The notes under the pieces: generated by a model
Told to the model about the DNA's origin: nothing
The model's input: only the letters and a program-made list of their open reading frames with translations
The model's database searches: none
Shown here: positions 52,476 to 62,940 of the stretch, piece after piece
Layout of the letters: each line of letters starts with the position of its first letter
How positions within the stretch are numbered: the first letter of the stretch is position 1
Assembly: GCA_039029735.1 (NCBI GenBank)
Contig: JBCCFL010000007.1
Coordinates: 96,784-160,783, forward strand
DNA from: Actinomycetota bacterium
GTDB lineage: Bacteria > Actinomycetota > Acidimicrobiia > Acidimicrobiales > SZUA-35
Direction of reading: 5' to 3'
Length of the DNA: 64,000 bases
Position numbers and translations under genes: made by a program

Positions 52476-53249
52476 ATGCGAATCACGCTGACTCTGATCG
52501 CCGCGTTGCTGTCGGCCTGCAGCCAGGAGGGAACCGCAACGGGGCGGGCCATCGACTCCGGCGTTGACGAGATCACGGCTGAGTCAACGACCGCGGTGGC
52601 GGTCGACGCAGAGGCGAACGCCGGGCCCGACAGCGACGGCGACGGCCCGGTGGATCCGGAACCGCTGTCGTGCCCACAGTCGGGAGCAGCCGACTGCGAC
52701 GAGCCAACCGACCTCGCCCACGACGACCTGTGTGCCACTGACGCCCACACCGACGCCGACGCCGGGGCCGCAGCCGTCGACCGCGACGGTTCCATCGAGC
52801 GTCCGCACCTCATCGACGGCTCGGCCACGCTCACCACCACCGATGACGACACAGGCGAGATCTGGCACCTGCGGATCACGGCCGTCGACATGCTCTCCGG
52901 CCTCGACGACCCGCTCGTGAGCACCGCCTCCCCCGCCCCCGACACGATTCTCGACGACAACGTGCTCGTGGCCGTGGCCATTCACGCCGAACACGAAGCC
53001 GGTCCAGCCAACCTCACGTTCCCGCCGTTCAACGTGTTCGTGGTGGACGGCCAACGCCGCACCAGCGAGCAGCAGTACAACCTGGTGGTCCAGTGGAGCG
53101 ACGGCCTGCGAGTGCAGCCGCCGACGCTCCCGAATGGCACGAACGGCGACTGGCGCGGCGTGTTCCAGGTCGAAGCCAGCGCCGTGGATGGGCTGCGCGT
53201 CGGCGTCAACCGCTACGGCGACGACCCCGCCTACTACGCCCCCTGCTGA
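52476..53249 (+). CDS. Lipoprotein, unknown function
   Basis: GAAGGAGG Shine-Dalgarno, MRITLTLIAALLSAC lipobox, acidic N-terminal region. Confidence 0.65.
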   Translation: MRITLTLIAALLSACSQEGTATGRAIDSGVDEITAESTTAVAVDAEANAGPDSDGDGPVDPEPLSCPQSGAADCDEPTDLAHDDLCATDAHTDADAGAAAVDRDGSIERPHLIDGSATLTTTDDDTGEIWHLRITAVDMLSGLDDPLVSTASPAPDTILDDNVLVAVAIHAEHEAGPANLTFPPFNVFVVDGQRRTSEQQYNLVVQWSDGLRVQPPTLPNGTNGDWRGVFQVEASAVDGLRVGVNRYGDDPAYYAPC

Positions 53250-53252
53250 CCG

Positions 53253-53271
53253 GAGTTAGACACCCTAACTC
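53253..53271. promoter_or_regulatory. Palindrome upstream of the first DMG/sarcosine dehydrogenase gene
   Basis: GAGTTAG-acacc-CTAACTC, followed by AGTGA-tagtg-TCACT (53274-53288), both within 40 nt of ATG 53292. Confidence 0.4.
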
Positions 53272-53291
53272 ACAGTGATAGTGTCACTCTC

Positions 53292-55766
53292 ATGGACAGC
53301 ACGGCACGAGTGGTGGTGATCGGGGGAGGCATCCACGGCGCCGCCCTGCTCTACCACCTGACCCTCGAAGGCTGGAGCGACGTGCTCCTCGTTGAGAAAG
53401 GTGAGCCCACATCCGGCTCCACCTGGCACGCCGCCGGCCAGATCACCCGCTCCGTCGGGGACTACACCACGGCCGCCTTCGCCGACTACGCAATCGAGAC
53501 CTATCGACAGCTGCCGGAGATCACCGGCCGGGCCGTGTCGCTCCACCAACCCGGCGGCCTGCGGGTGGCGTTCACCGAGCTGGAGCTCGATCAGCTCAAG
53601 AGCCAGCTCGGAGTCGGCCGCTACCTCGGCTACCCAATCGAGTTGGTGAGCCCCACAGAAGCGGCTGAGATCAATCCCTTCTACGACTTCAGCGACGCCC
53701 TCGGCGCCATCTGGACAGAGGGGGAGGCCCACGTCGACCCGACCGACGCCACCATGGCCTTCCTCGCCGGGGCGCGAGCCAACGGCGCCACCGTCAGCCG
53801 CCGCAACCGGGTACTCGAGGTGAACCAGCTCCCAACTGGCGAGTGGTCGGTCGTCACCGAGCAGGGCACCGTCAGCTGCGAACACGTGGTGGACGCCGCC
53901 GGCTGCTACGCCCACCAGGTGGGAATGTTGAGCGGCTCTGAGTTCATCGTCCCCCAGGCCAACGTGCTCCACCACTACCTCGTCACCGAAGAGGTGCCCG
54001 AGTTCGCCGCCCGCGCCGAAGAGATGCCGGTGATGCGCGACAACCGCACCGCCGGCTACATCCGCCAGGAGCAAACGGCGGGCCTGATCGGCATCTACGA
54101 AACCCGTGGCGCCGAGACCATCTGGGACGACGGTGTGCCTTGGGAGGCGGAGAACAAGCTCTTCCCCGCCGACTTCGACAAGATCGCACCGTGGCTGGAG
54201 GAGGCCTTCAACCTGGTGCCGATCTTGGCCGAGGTGGGCATCAAGCGGGTGATCCATGGCGCCATCACCCACACCACCGACAGCCACATGCTGCTCGGCC
54301 CCGCTCCGGGCCTCCGCAACTACTGGCTCAACACCGGCTCGTCGATCGGCCTTGCCTGGGGCCCCGGTGCCGGCCGCGAGCTGGCCCGCTGGATCGTGCA
54401 CGGCACCACTGAACTGAGCCTGCGCCACTACGATCCGCGCCGCTTCGCCTGGGCCACGCCGGAGTACATCCGCACCAAGTCGATCGAGGACTACGAGTGG
54501 ATGTTCCGGGTGCACGCGCCGGGCGAAGAGCGACTGTTGGCCCGCCCCATGTGGACCTCCTCCCTGCACGACACCCTCACCAAGCGACGGGCGATCCACA
54601 CCACGGCCTACGGCTGGGAGCAGCCCAAATGGTTCGTGCCCGACGATCAGCCCTTGGCCGATGCGCATGGCTGGCGCCGGCCCGAGTGGTTCGAGCCGGT
54701 GCGGGAGGAGTGCCGGGCCGTGCGCGAGCGCGTGGGAGTGATGGACCTCTCCGCCTTCGCCAAGTACGAGTTCGCCGGGCCCGACGCCGCCGCCTACGCC
54801 GATTGGATCTGCACCGGCACCGTGCCGAGAGTGGGCCGCATCGCCCTCAACTACGTGCTCACCGAACAGGCCCGAGTCGAAACCGAGGTCACCCTCTCCC
54901 GCCTTGCGGACGATCTCATCTACGCCATCTCCGGCCCTGTCGGCCATCAGCGTGACCTTGACTGGTTCACCCAGCACATCACCGGCCCCGACGGCACGGC
55001 GTTCGATGTGACGATCACCGACTGCACCCGCGACACCGGCGTACTCGTGGTGGCTGGCCCCAATGCCCGCCCCCTCCTCCAGCGCTGCGCCGAGGCCGAC
55101 ACCTCGTTCGCCAACGACGACTTCCGCTTCCAGGCCGTGCGCACCGTGCGCCTCGGCGGCGTGGAGTTGCGGGCGCTGCGTATCGGGTTCACGGGCTCGC
55201 GGGGCTGGGAGCTTCACGTGCCGATGGGCGACATGCCAACGGTGTACCAGGCGCTGTGGGATGCCTCCGGCACGGCCGACCACGCCGACGGCCTCGGTGA
55301 TCTCGGCCTCGCCGATTTCGGGAGCCACGCGCTCAACTCACTGCGGATGGAGAAGGGGTACCTCACCCGCTTCGAACTCACCCACGACATCGGGCCGCGC
55401 CAGGCCGGCGTCGACCGCTGGCTGAAGGTGGACAAGGGCCCCTTCGTGGGGAGCGACGCAATCGGCCCGGCGCCATCGGGTGATGATTGGCAGCTCGTCT
55501 ACCTCGACGTCGATGTGCCGGACGGGCCCCAAGCCGCCGACTGCGTCGGCGGAGAAGGCGTGTTCCACGGGGAGACCCCGGTGGGCATCACCACCTCGGG
55601 CGGCTACGGCTACACGGTGGCCCGCAGCCTCGCCTTCGCTTATGTGAGTGCCGATCTCGCGGCGGCGGGCACGGAGCTCTCGGTGCTGATCCTCGGTGAG
55701 CAACGCCCCGCCCGTGTGCTGGATGGCCCAGTGTGGGACCCCGACAACCAGGAGCTGCTCGGCTGA
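53292..55766 (+). CDS. Dimethylglycine/sarcosine dehydrogenase-oxidase family protein (DAO FAD domain plus GcvT-like folate domain)
   Basis: VVVIGGGIHGAALLYHL FAD motif, STWHAAG, C-terminal aminomethyltransferase-like region (GWELHVP, LRMEKGY). 824 aa. Confidence 0.8.
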   Translation: MDSTARVVVIGGGIHGAALLYHLTLEGWSDVLLVEKGEPTSGSTWHAAGQITRSVGDYTTAAFADYAIETYRQLPEITGRAVSLHQPGGLRVAFTELELDQLKSQLGVGRYLGYPIELVSPTEAAEINPFYDFSDALGAIWTEGEAHVDPTDATMAFLAGARANGATVSRRNRVLEVNQLPTGEWSVVTEQGTVSCEHVVDAAGCYAHQVGMLSGSEFIVPQANVLHHYLVTEEVPEFAARAEEMPVMRDNRTAGYIRQEQTAGLIGIYETRGAETIWDDGVPWEAENKLFPADFDKIAPWLEEAFNLVPILAEVGIKRVIHGAITHTTDSHMLLGPAPGLRNYWLNTGSSIGLAWGPGAGRELARWIVHGTTELSLRHYDPRRFAWATPEYIRTKSIEDYEWMFRVHAPGEERLLARPMWTSSLHDTLTKRRAIHTTAYGWEQPKWFVPDDQPLADAHGWRRPEWFEPVREECRAVRERVGVMDLSAFAKYEFAGPDAAAYADWICTGTVPRVGRIALNYVLTEQARVETEVTLSRLADDLIYAISGPVGHQRDLDWFTQHITGPDGTAFDVTITDCTRDTGVLVVAGPNARPLLQRCAEADTSFANDDFRFQAVRTVRLGGVELRALRIGFTGSRGWELHVPMGDMPTVYQALWDASGTADHADGLGDLGLADFGSHALNSLRMEKGYLTRFELTHDIGPRQAGVDRWLKVDKGPFVGSDAIGPAPSGDDWQLVYLDVDVPDGPQAADCVGGEGVFHGETPVGITTSGGYGYTVARSLAFAYVSADLAAAGTELSVLILGEQRPARVLDGPVWDPDNQELLG

Positions 55767-56368
55767 TGGCCCCGCCCGCTGCCACCACAGCCGCGAACAA
55801 CTCGCCCCCGCATCCGCTCGACGCGACGACCGTGATCGAGGTCGCCGGTGAGCTCGTCGATCAGATCGGACCGGAGGCACTCTCGCTCTCCGGCATCGCC
55901 CGCGAACTCGGCGTCACCCAACCAGCCCTCTACCGCCACGTGGACGACCTCGCATCGCTGTGGCGTGGCCTCGGCCTCGCCACCCGTGCCCTACTCGCCG
56001 ACCACCTGGCCGACGCCGCAGTCGGCCTGAGTGGCCCCGAGGCCATGAAGGCCGTGGCCGGCGCCTGGCGCCAGTTCGCCCGCCGCCATCCCGGCCGCTA
56101 CCGCTCCACCGATCGCTACGCGGTGGCCGGCGACGCCGACCTCGAACAGGCCGCCAACCGAACGGTCGGGGTACTGGAGAAGGCCCTGCGAGGCTTCGAC
56201 CTGCCCGACCACGAACGCCGCCACGCCGCCCACTCACTGCGCAGCGCCCTCCACGGGTTCGTGATGTACGAACTCAGCGACGGCCACCCCGATCCCGACC
56301 ATCTCGACACCTCGTTCGACCGCATGGTCGAGCACCTCAGCACGGCCTTCGCTGCCATCGACCGCTGA
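55766..56368 (+). CDS. TetR/AcrR family transcriptional regulator
   Basis: HTH LSLSGIARELGVTQPALYRHV. The ATG shares one nucleotide with the upstream stop (TGATG). Confidence 0.8.
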   Translation: MAPPAATTAANNSPPHPLDATTVIEVAGELVDQIGPEALSLSGIARELGVTQPALYRHVDDLASLWRGLGLATRALLADHLADAAVGLSGPEAMKAVAGAWRQFARRHPGRYRSTDRYAVAGDADLEQAANRTVGVLEKALRGFDLPDHERRHAAHSLRSALHGFVMYELSDGHPDPDHLDTSFDRMVEHLSTAFAAIDR

Positions 56369-56378
56369 CCGATCCACC

Positions 56379-58829
56379 ATGAGCTCACGTCCCCTCCCCT
56401 CATCAGCTCGGGCCATCGTCGTCGGCGGTGGCATCGTCGGTGCCTCTGTCGCCTATCACCTCGCCGAACGCGGCGTCGACGACGTGATCGTGCTCGAACG
56501 CCACGAACTCACCGGCGGCACCACCTGGCACGCCGCGGGCCTCGTGGCCCAGCTGCGTTCCACCGAGAACCAGACCAAGCTGGCCCGTTACAGCCTCGAG
56601 CTGTACGCCCGCCTGAAGGAGGAGACCGAGCAGGATCCGGGGCTCCGCCAGCCAGGTGCGCTCACCCTCGCCGGCAGCCCCGAGCGCTGGAACGAGATCC
56701 GGCGTACGGCGGCCATGGCTCGCTACCTCGGGGTCGAGGCCACCGAGATCAACCCGGCCGAGGTGGCCGAGCGCTTCCCCCTCGTCGACACCGACGGCCT
56801 CCACGGTGCGATCTGGCTGCCCCAGGATGGGGTGGTCGGGCCGTCCGACTGCACCATGGCCCTGGCCCGTGGGGCCCGCAACCGGGGCGCACGGATCCAC
56901 GAAGGCGTCGGAGTCGACCGGCTGCTGTTGGACGGCACTCACATCGTGGGGGTGGAGACCGACGGCGGTCACCAGATCACCGCCGACCAGGTGGTGCTGG
57001 CCTGCGGGCTCTGGACCCGCCATCTCGCCGCCACGGCCGGGGTGGAGGTGCCGCTGATGGCGGCCGAGCACCACTACGTGGTGACCGAACCGGTCCCCGG
57101 CCTCGACCCCGGTTGGCCGGTGGTGCGCGATCCCGACCGATGGGCCTACTACAAGCCCGAAGCTGGTGGGGCCCTGCTCCTCGGGCTGTTCGAACCAGTA
57201 GGTCGACCCTGGCCCGCTGCTGGCCCGCCGCCCACCGATCGACCGTTCATCACGATGGATCCCGACGCCGACCACCTGGCCGAGTGGCTGGTGCCGGCCA
57301 TGGACCGCGTCCCCGCCCTGCACGACGCCGGCCTCCGGCTGTTGTTCGACGGCCCGGAGAGCTTCACCCCCGACGACGCCTACATCCTTGGTGAGGCGCC
57401 GGGCCGTACGGGGTTGTTCGTGGCCGCCGGCTTCAACTCGATCGGCATCCAGTCGGCGGGGGGCGCCGGGATGGCGCTCGCCCACTGGATGACCGAGGGC
57501 GCGCCTCCGTTCGATCTCCACGACGTTGACATCCGCCGCTTCGAGCGGTTCCAGAACACCGAGGCCTACCTGCGGGCGCGCACCACCGAAGTGCTCGGCC
57601 TGCTCTACGCGTCACACCACCCCCACCGCACCTACGAGACGGCCCGCGGTATCCGGCGTACCCCGATCCACGAGCGGCTGGTGGACGCCGGCGCCTGCTT
57701 CGCCGACCTCAACGGGTGGGAACGCCCGATGTTCTTCGCCCGCCCCGACCTCGGGGTCAAGGCCGAGCACCACGACGGCTGGGGCATCGGCCAGTGGCAC
57801 GCCGCCAACGGCGCCGAGCACGCGGCAGTACGCGAGCGGGTGGGTCTGTTCGACCTCACCTCGTTCGCCAAGTTCTCCGTGCAGGGGCGTGACGCCGCCG
57901 ACGTGCTCGACGTGTTGTCGGCGGGTCCGGTGAACGGCGACATCGGCCGCTCGGTCTACACCCAGTGGCTCAACCCGGCGGGCGGGATCGAGGCCGATCT
58001 CACCGTGAGCCGCCTCGGCGAGGAGCACTTCTGGGTGATCGGGGGTGCTGGCACCCGCCGTCGCGACCTCGACACGTTGGAGCGAGCGGTGGCCGGCCGC
58101 AACGCCACCGTGACCGACGTGACGTCGGGCTGGGCCTGCCTGGCCGTGATGGGCCCTGAGTCGCGGGCGCTGCTGGCCGGGCTCACCTCGGCCGACCTTG
58201 GCGACGAGGCGTTCGCGTTCGCCACCAACCGCGAGATCGACATGGCCGACACGCTGGTGTTGGCCAACCGGATGAGCTACGTGGGAGAACTCGGATGGGA
58301 GTTGTACGTCCCGTCGGAGTTCGCCGTGACCGTGTTCGACGAACTACGCCGGGCCGGCGCTGCCTACGGCCTGGAACTCTGCGGCTACCACACCCTCAAC
58401 TCGCTCCGGCTGGAGAAGGGGTATCGGCACTGGGGCGACGACATCACCCCGGACGACACCCCGATCGAGGCGGGCCTCTCGTTCGCGGTGGCCTGGGACA
58501 AGGACGCCCCGTTCACCGGCCGCGCCGCAGTCGAGGCCCAGAAGGCATCAGGGGCCACGCAGCGCCTCGTGCAGGTGCAGCTCGTGCAATCCGACGGGCC
58601 CGACGCCCAGCTGCTCCACCACAATGAGCCGCTCTACCGCAACGGCGAACGGGTGGGTTACATCACATCGGGCATGTGGGGCCACACGGTCGGCGCCGCC
58701 GTGGGGATGGGGCTCGCCGTCCGAGGTGAACGGGTGGATGCGGCCTGGGTGAACGACGGCACCTGGTCCGTCGAGCTGCCCGGGGGCGAGGTTCCAGCGC
58801 TCGTGCAGCTGCGGCCGTGGATCCGCTGA
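56379..58829 (+). CDS. Dimethylglycine/sarcosine dehydrogenase-oxidase family protein, second paralog
   Basis: AIVVGGGIVGASVAYHL, TTWHAAGL, C-terminal GcvT-like region (GWELYVP, LRLEKGY). 816 aa. Confidence 0.8.
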   Translation: MSSRPLPSSARAIVVGGGIVGASVAYHLAERGVDDVIVLERHELTGGTTWHAAGLVAQLRSTENQTKLARYSLELYARLKEETEQDPGLRQPGALTLAGSPERWNEIRRTAAMARYLGVEATEINPAEVAERFPLVDTDGLHGAIWLPQDGVVGPSDCTMALARGARNRGARIHEGVGVDRLLLDGTHIVGVETDGGHQITADQVVLACGLWTRHLAATAGVEVPLMAAEHHYVVTEPVPGLDPGWPVVRDPDRWAYYKPEAGGALLLGLFEPVGRPWPAAGPPPTDRPFITMDPDADHLAEWLVPAMDRVPALHDAGLRLLFDGPESFTPDDAYILGEAPGRTGLFVAAGFNSIGIQSAGGAGMALAHWMTEGAPPFDLHDVDIRRFERFQNTEAYLRARTTEVLGLLYASHHPHRTYETARGIRRTPIHERLVDAGACFADLNGWERPMFFARPDLGVKAEHHDGWGIGQWHAANGAEHAAVRERVGLFDLTSFAKFSVQGRDAADVLDVLSAGPVNGDIGRSVYTQWLNPAGGIEADLTVSRLGEEHFWVIGGAGTRRRDLDTLERAVAGRNATVTDVTSGWACLAVMGPESRALLAGLTSADLGDEAFAFATNREIDMADTLVLANRMSYVGELGWELYVPSEFAVTVFDELRRAGAAYGLELCGYHTLNSLRLEKGYRHWGDDITPDDTPIEAGLSFAVAWDKDAPFTGRAAVEAQKASGATQRLVQVQLVQSDGPDAQLLHHNEPLYRNGERVGYITSGMWGHTVGAAVGMGLAVRGERVDAAWVNDGTWSVELPGGEVPALVQLRPWIR

Positions 58830-58910
58830 GCCGGGGCCTGACCACACCGACCGCAAGAGTCTCTTACTGTTCGCTAGACCTACTAACTTCTGCGATCTAG
58901 TCTGGCTGAC

Positions 58911-60023
58911 ATGCTGAAGATCCACTGGTTTCTCCCGACCGGCGGCGACTCCCGCGACGTGTTGCCCGACGAGGTGGACGCCCACTGGCGAGCGCCGTCG
59001 CACGACTATCTGGCTCAGATCGCCATGGCCTGCGACCAGCTCGGCTACGACGCGATGCTCACTCCGTGCGGCACCGGGTGCGAGGACGCATGGCTGGCCA
59101 CGGCGTCGCTCATTCCCCGCACCGAACGGATCAAGTTCCTGGTGGCGTTCCGGCCCGGTTTCTTGTCGCCGACCCTGGCGGCACAGATGGCGTCGACCTA
59201 TCAGCGCATGTCGAATGGGCGCCTGCTGATCAACATCGTGACCGGGGCGGAGCCTCGCGAGCTCAACCGCTTCGGCGACTGGCTCGACAAGGACGGGCGC
59301 TACGAGCGCACCGGCGAGTTCCTCCAGATCATGCGGCAGGCGTGGACCGACACGCCCTACGACTTCGAGGGCGATCACTTCCACGTGGCTGGGGCCACCA
59401 CCCGCGAGGTGCCGGATCCGGCGCCGCCGATCTACTTCGGTGGCGCGTCACCCGCGGCCAAGAAGGTGGCGGCGGCGAACGTGGACGTGTACCTCACCTG
59501 GGGTGAGCCTCCGCAGATGGCCGCCGAGCGAATCGCGGCCGTGCGCGATCTCGCCGCCGAGCAGGGCCGGGAGCTGACCTACGGGATCCGGTTCCACGTG
59601 ATCGCTCGGCCCACCTCGGAAGAGGCATGGGCCGTGGCCAACGGCATGCTCGCCCACATCGACGACGATGCCATCGCCGCCGCCCAGGCCGACTTCGCCA
59701 CCACGATGTCGGAGGGCCAGAAACGCATGGCCGACCTGCACGGCGGCTCGCGCGACAACCTCGAGATCCATCCCAACGTGTGGGCCGGCATCGGCCTCGT
59801 GCGGGGCGGAGCTGGAACCGCACTCGTCGGCTCCTACGACGAAGTCGCCGATCGCATCAGCGAGTACGCCGACCTCGGCTTCAGCGAGTTCATCATGTCG
59901 GGCTATCCCCACCTCGAGGAGGCGTACTGGTTCGGTGAGGGCGTGCTTCCGGTGCTGCGGAGCCGTGGCCTCGTTGCCGAAGACCCGAACGCCCGGGCCA
60001 CGAACGTGTTCAGCTTCCGCTGA
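58911..60023 (+). CDS. ssuD: LLM-class FMNH2-dependent monooxygenase, alkanesulfonate monooxygenase SsuD-like
   Basis: Collinear with my recollection of E. coli SsuD: HWFLPTGGD, CEDAWLATASLIP, YLTWGEPP, EIHPNVWAGIGLVRGGAGTALVG, SGYPHLEEAYWFGE. Confidence 0.75.
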   Translation: MLKIHWFLPTGGDSRDVLPDEVDAHWRAPSHDYLAQIAMACDQLGYDAMLTPCGTGCEDAWLATASLIPRTERIKFLVAFRPGFLSPTLAAQMASTYQRMSNGRLLINIVTGAEPRELNRFGDWLDKDGRYERTGEFLQIMRQAWTDTPYDFEGDHFHVAGATTREVPDPAPPIYFGGASPAAKKVAAANVDVYLTWGEPPQMAAERIAAVRDLAAEQGRELTYGIRFHVIARPTSEEAWAVANGMLAHIDDDAIAAAQADFATTMSEGQKRMADLHGGSRDNLEIHPNVWAGIGLVRGGAGTALVGSYDEVADRISEYADLGFSEFIMSGYPHLEEAYWFGEGVLPVLRSRGLVAEDPNARATNVFSFR

Positions 60024-60744
60024 CCTCGTTGCCGGCTGCGGCGTGGATCGTGGCCACCAACCAGCTGGCAACGTCGTGCCGATCCAGGGTGCGATCGAGT
60101 GTGGCCAGTGCCTCGTCCACCGGAGCCTGCCCGATCCGCTCGACCCTCGATCGGTAGAGCGACGCCGCCAACGGGGCCTCGAACTCAGGATGGCCTTGGA
60201 CAGTGAGCACGTGGTCGTCGACGGTGAACCCGGCCACCGCGCACCGCGGCGCAGTGGCGAACAGCTCTGCCCCCGCCGGGAGTTGGAGCACCTGGTCCTG
60301 ATGGCTGGCGATGAGCCGGAACCGTTCGGGGGCGTCAACGTGCGCCGACTCACCCTCCACCTCGTAGTCGATGGCACCGATGTTCCAGCCTCCGTCGAAC
60401 TTGGCCACCGGCGCACCCATGGCCTGGGCGACGAGTTGGTGACCGAAGCAGATCCCTGCCAGCGGTGTGCGCCGGTCGAGGGCCTCGGCCGTCCACGTAC
60501 GCAGCCGATCGATCCAGGGGTCGTCGTCGTACACGCTCTGGCGTGAGCCCGGGATGACCCAGCCATCGCAGTCGGCGTGGTCGGGCAGCTCGTCGGCCGT
60601 GCGGGCATCGACCATCACCAGCTCGGCCCCCGCTGGCAACTTCGGTTCGAGGAGGCCCGAGAAGAGCACGTCGTAGTCACCGGCGATCGACCGGTGAGGC
60701 TCGTCGATCGAGTCGAGCAGGAACACGCCGATACGCCGGGTCAC
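60010..60744 (-). CDS. Class I glutamine amidotransferase-like protein
   Basis: Nucleophile elbow LAGICFGHQL and GHPEFE His/Glu motif. 14-nt convergent overlap with the ssuD-like gene. ORF opens at 60786; GTG 60744 is preferred. Confidence 0.75.
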   Translation of the reverse strand: MTRRIGVFLLDSIDEPHRSIAGDYDVLFSGLLEPKLPAGAELVMVDARTADELPDHADCDGWVIPGSRQSVYDDDPWIDRLRTWTAEALDRRTPLAGICFGHQLVAQAMGAPVAKFDGGWNIGAIDYEVEGESAHVDAPERFRLIASHQDQVLQLPAGAELFATAPRCAVAGFTVDDHVLTVQGHPEFEAPLAASLYRSRVERIGQAPVDEALATLDRTLDRHDVASWLVATIHAAAGNEVSGS

Positions 60745-60842
60745 GCCACCAATGTACGCCAGCCCCGCCGACGGGTCCGCCTCCACCCGAGGATCGTGGA
60801 CGGAGTCTGAACAGTGTCAAGATATGGTGGTACGCTCTGACC

Positions 60843-61451
60843 ATGGCTCGTGCCACCTACCACCACGGCGATCTACGTCGGGCGCTCATCAGCGCCACCG
60901 CACAGCTGCTCGCCACCAAGGGCCCATCGGGATTCAGCCTTCGAGAGGTGGCCCGACAGGCCGGGGTGTCGCCCGCGGCGCCCTCCCACCACTTCGGCAA
61001 CACGCAGGGGCTGATCACCGCCGTTGCCACCGAGGGATTCGAGCGACTCAACGCCGCGTTCGACGCCGTGGACGACGACCTCTCTCCACATGAGCGGCTG
61101 GTGGCACACGGCGTCGCCTACGTGGATCTCGGTATCTCGGCCCCGGGCCACATGGCGGTGATGTTTCGCCACGACCTGCTCGACACCGACGACGAGGCCT
61201 ACGTCGCCACCGCTCCGGGGGCGTTCCGCCGGATCTCAGCCGTGGTGGACGCAGCGTTGGCCGGCTCCGACTCCGGTGCGGATCGCGCGGTCGCAACGAG
61301 ATCGGTGTGGGCCACCTGCCATGGGCTCGCGCATCTCTACCAGTCCAAGGCGGCGTCGCTCGCTGACGACGCCGAACTCACCTACCTCGTGGAGCACGCG
61401 ATGTCGATCGCCTATCTCGGAATGCGGGCGGTGCCTGGCCGGCAGGCCTGA
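60843..61451 (+). CDS. TetR/AcrR family transcriptional regulator
   Basis: YHHGDLRRALISA..FSLREVARQAGVSPAAPSHHF. Divergent from the GATase gene. Confidence 0.85.
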   Translation: MARATYHHGDLRRALISATAQLLATKGPSGFSLREVARQAGVSPAAPSHHFGNTQGLITAVATEGFERLNAAFDAVDDDLSPHERLVAHGVAYVDLGISAPGHMAVMFRHDLLDTDDEAYVATAPGAFRRISAVVDAALAGSDSGADRAVATRSVWATCHGLAHLYQSKAASLADDAELTYLVEHAMSIAYLGMRAVPGRQA

Positions 61452-61455
61452 GCGG

Positions 61456-62826
61456 TCAGAACCACAGCGGCTGCGCCCGACGGCACAGCTCGCTGAACAG
61501 CGGTACCAGGTCGGCGTCCTCCTCGTCGAGATCCACGTCGCAGGTGAACATTCGATCTACGTCGGGCGACCACCGGCCGCTGAGCACCGACGTCGTGAGC
61601 GAGTCTGCACTCACCACGACGCGGCCCTCGGGCTCGTCGAACGACTCGTCGCTCGTCAACGTGGCGCCCTCGGCGATCAGCGTCGAGAACCGCTCCGCCC
61701 AATCGTCGGTCACTTCGCAGGAACCCTGGCAGGCGGCATTGAACGACATCTCGGTGAAGAAGCCGATGCTCGACGATACGGGCGGGTCGTAGTCAACCCC
61801 GAAGAAGGTGCTCGCCTCCCAGCCCTCGGGCACGAGCACGACGGCGAGGTACTGGCCGGGGTTGTCGTCGGCCTCCAGGTCGAGCGTCACCTCCTCGAGG
61901 CCGGTGATCCGGCCGTCGTCGGGCAACAGAGCAGCGAGATCGGCCTCGACTGCTGGCGCCGCCGGCACCCGACTCACCTCTGGATCGACCTCTGTGCCAT
62001 CGCCGAACGCGTCGCCGTCATTGCTGGCGCCCTCGTCGTCGAGATCGTCGAAGGTGAAGTCCGAGTCTTCGAGATCGTCGAAGTCGGCGGCGGCCATCAT
62101 GAACGCCGCGGCGAAGAGCGACGAGGCGAAGGCATCCACCACGCCACAGCGACCTTCGGCATAGAGGCCGAGGCCGGCGATGTCAGCGAACAACTGCGTG
62201 GCCTCTTCGTCGGTCGGGGCCTCGTTCTCCTCAAGGGCCTCGAGGCGGGCGAAGGCATCGGCGTGCTCGGGAATGACGAGCGTCGGATCGGGCTCGCTGT
62301 CACCCAGACCAGCGCCGTCATCAGCGGCGAGGGCCTCGCAGTAGGCGTCGTCGGTCTCGGGCTCCCACATCGTGAGCATGCCGGCGAGAGCCCGGAACTC
62401 TCCCACGTCTTCGGCGTCGCATCCCTCGGCGGTGTCGGCGAAGGCCGACAGATCCGACCCGAGCGTCGGATTGGCCTCCAGCACAGTGAACACGTCGGTG
62501 AAGGTTTCGCCGTCGATGGCCACCCCGACCTCTTCGAGCGCCTCGAAGCTGTCAGCGAGACCAGGCGGCGCCACGGCCACGAGATCCTTGACGTCCTCCG
62601 ACATCAATGCCTCGCAGATCGCCGGATCGAGGTCGGCCACTGCGGCCGCCCCATCGCCATCGGCCTCGGCTGCCTCGTCGTCGGCCTCGCTGTCGGCGTC
62701 ACCGGCTGCAGTTCCGGTTGAGTCGTCGGTGGTGGCGCTGCCATCGTCGGAGTCGGTTGAGCCACAGGCGGACGCCACCAACACGATCGTGAATGCGAGC
62801 GCGAGAAATCGAAGAGCGCGGGTCAT
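61456..62826 (-). CDS. Extremely acidic lipoprotein, unknown function
   Basis: Lipobox IVLVASAC, then a 430-aa Asp/Glu-rich sequence with paired Cys. The 481-aa plus-strand ORF here is its antisense shadow. Confidence 0.65.
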   Translation of the reverse strand: MTRALRFLALAFTIVLVASACGSTDSDDGSATTDDSTGTAAGDADSEADDEAAEADGDGAAAVADLDPAICEALMSEDVKDLVAVAPPGLADSFEALEEVGVAIDGETFTDVFTVLEANPTLGSDLSAFADTAEGCDAEDVGEFRALAGMLTMWEPETDDAYCEALAADDGAGLGDSEPDPTLVIPEHADAFARLEALEENEAPTDEEATQLFADIAGLGLYAEGRCGVVDAFASSLFAAAFMMAAADFDDLEDSDFTFDDLDDEGASNDGDAFGDGTEVDPEVSRVPAAPAVEADLAALLPDDGRITGLEEVTLDLEADDNPGQYLAVVLVPEGWEASTFFGVDYDPPVSSSIGFFTEMSFNAACQGSCEVTDDWAERFSTLIAEGATLTSDESFDEPEGRVVVSADSLTTSVLSGRWSPDVDRMFTCDVDLDEEDADLVPLFSELCRRAQPLWF

Positions 62827-62940
62827 GCTGCGAGTATCGGCCGTGGATCGTTGCGTGTGACGTCACCGACCGATGTCACAACGAGTTCGACGCATCCTCG
62901 CAACCTGCAGCCCAGAGCGGGCGGCACCTAGCATGCGGCC

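Noticed and set aside
53265-55328. 687-aa minus-strand ORF
   Set aside because: It is the antisense shadow of the first DMG/sarcosine dehydrogenase gene, with the typical high-GC V/E/G/H-rich composition and no recognisable domain.
61276-62721. 481-aa plus-strand ORF
   Set aside because: It is the shadow of the minus-strand acidic lipoprotein gene, which has a proper signal peptide and lipobox.
62856-62880. TGTGA...TCACA as a CRP-family site
   Set aside because: The spacing between TGTGA and TCACA is 15 nt rather than the canonical 6 nt. Only the inner GTGACGTCAC palindrome is retained as an observation.
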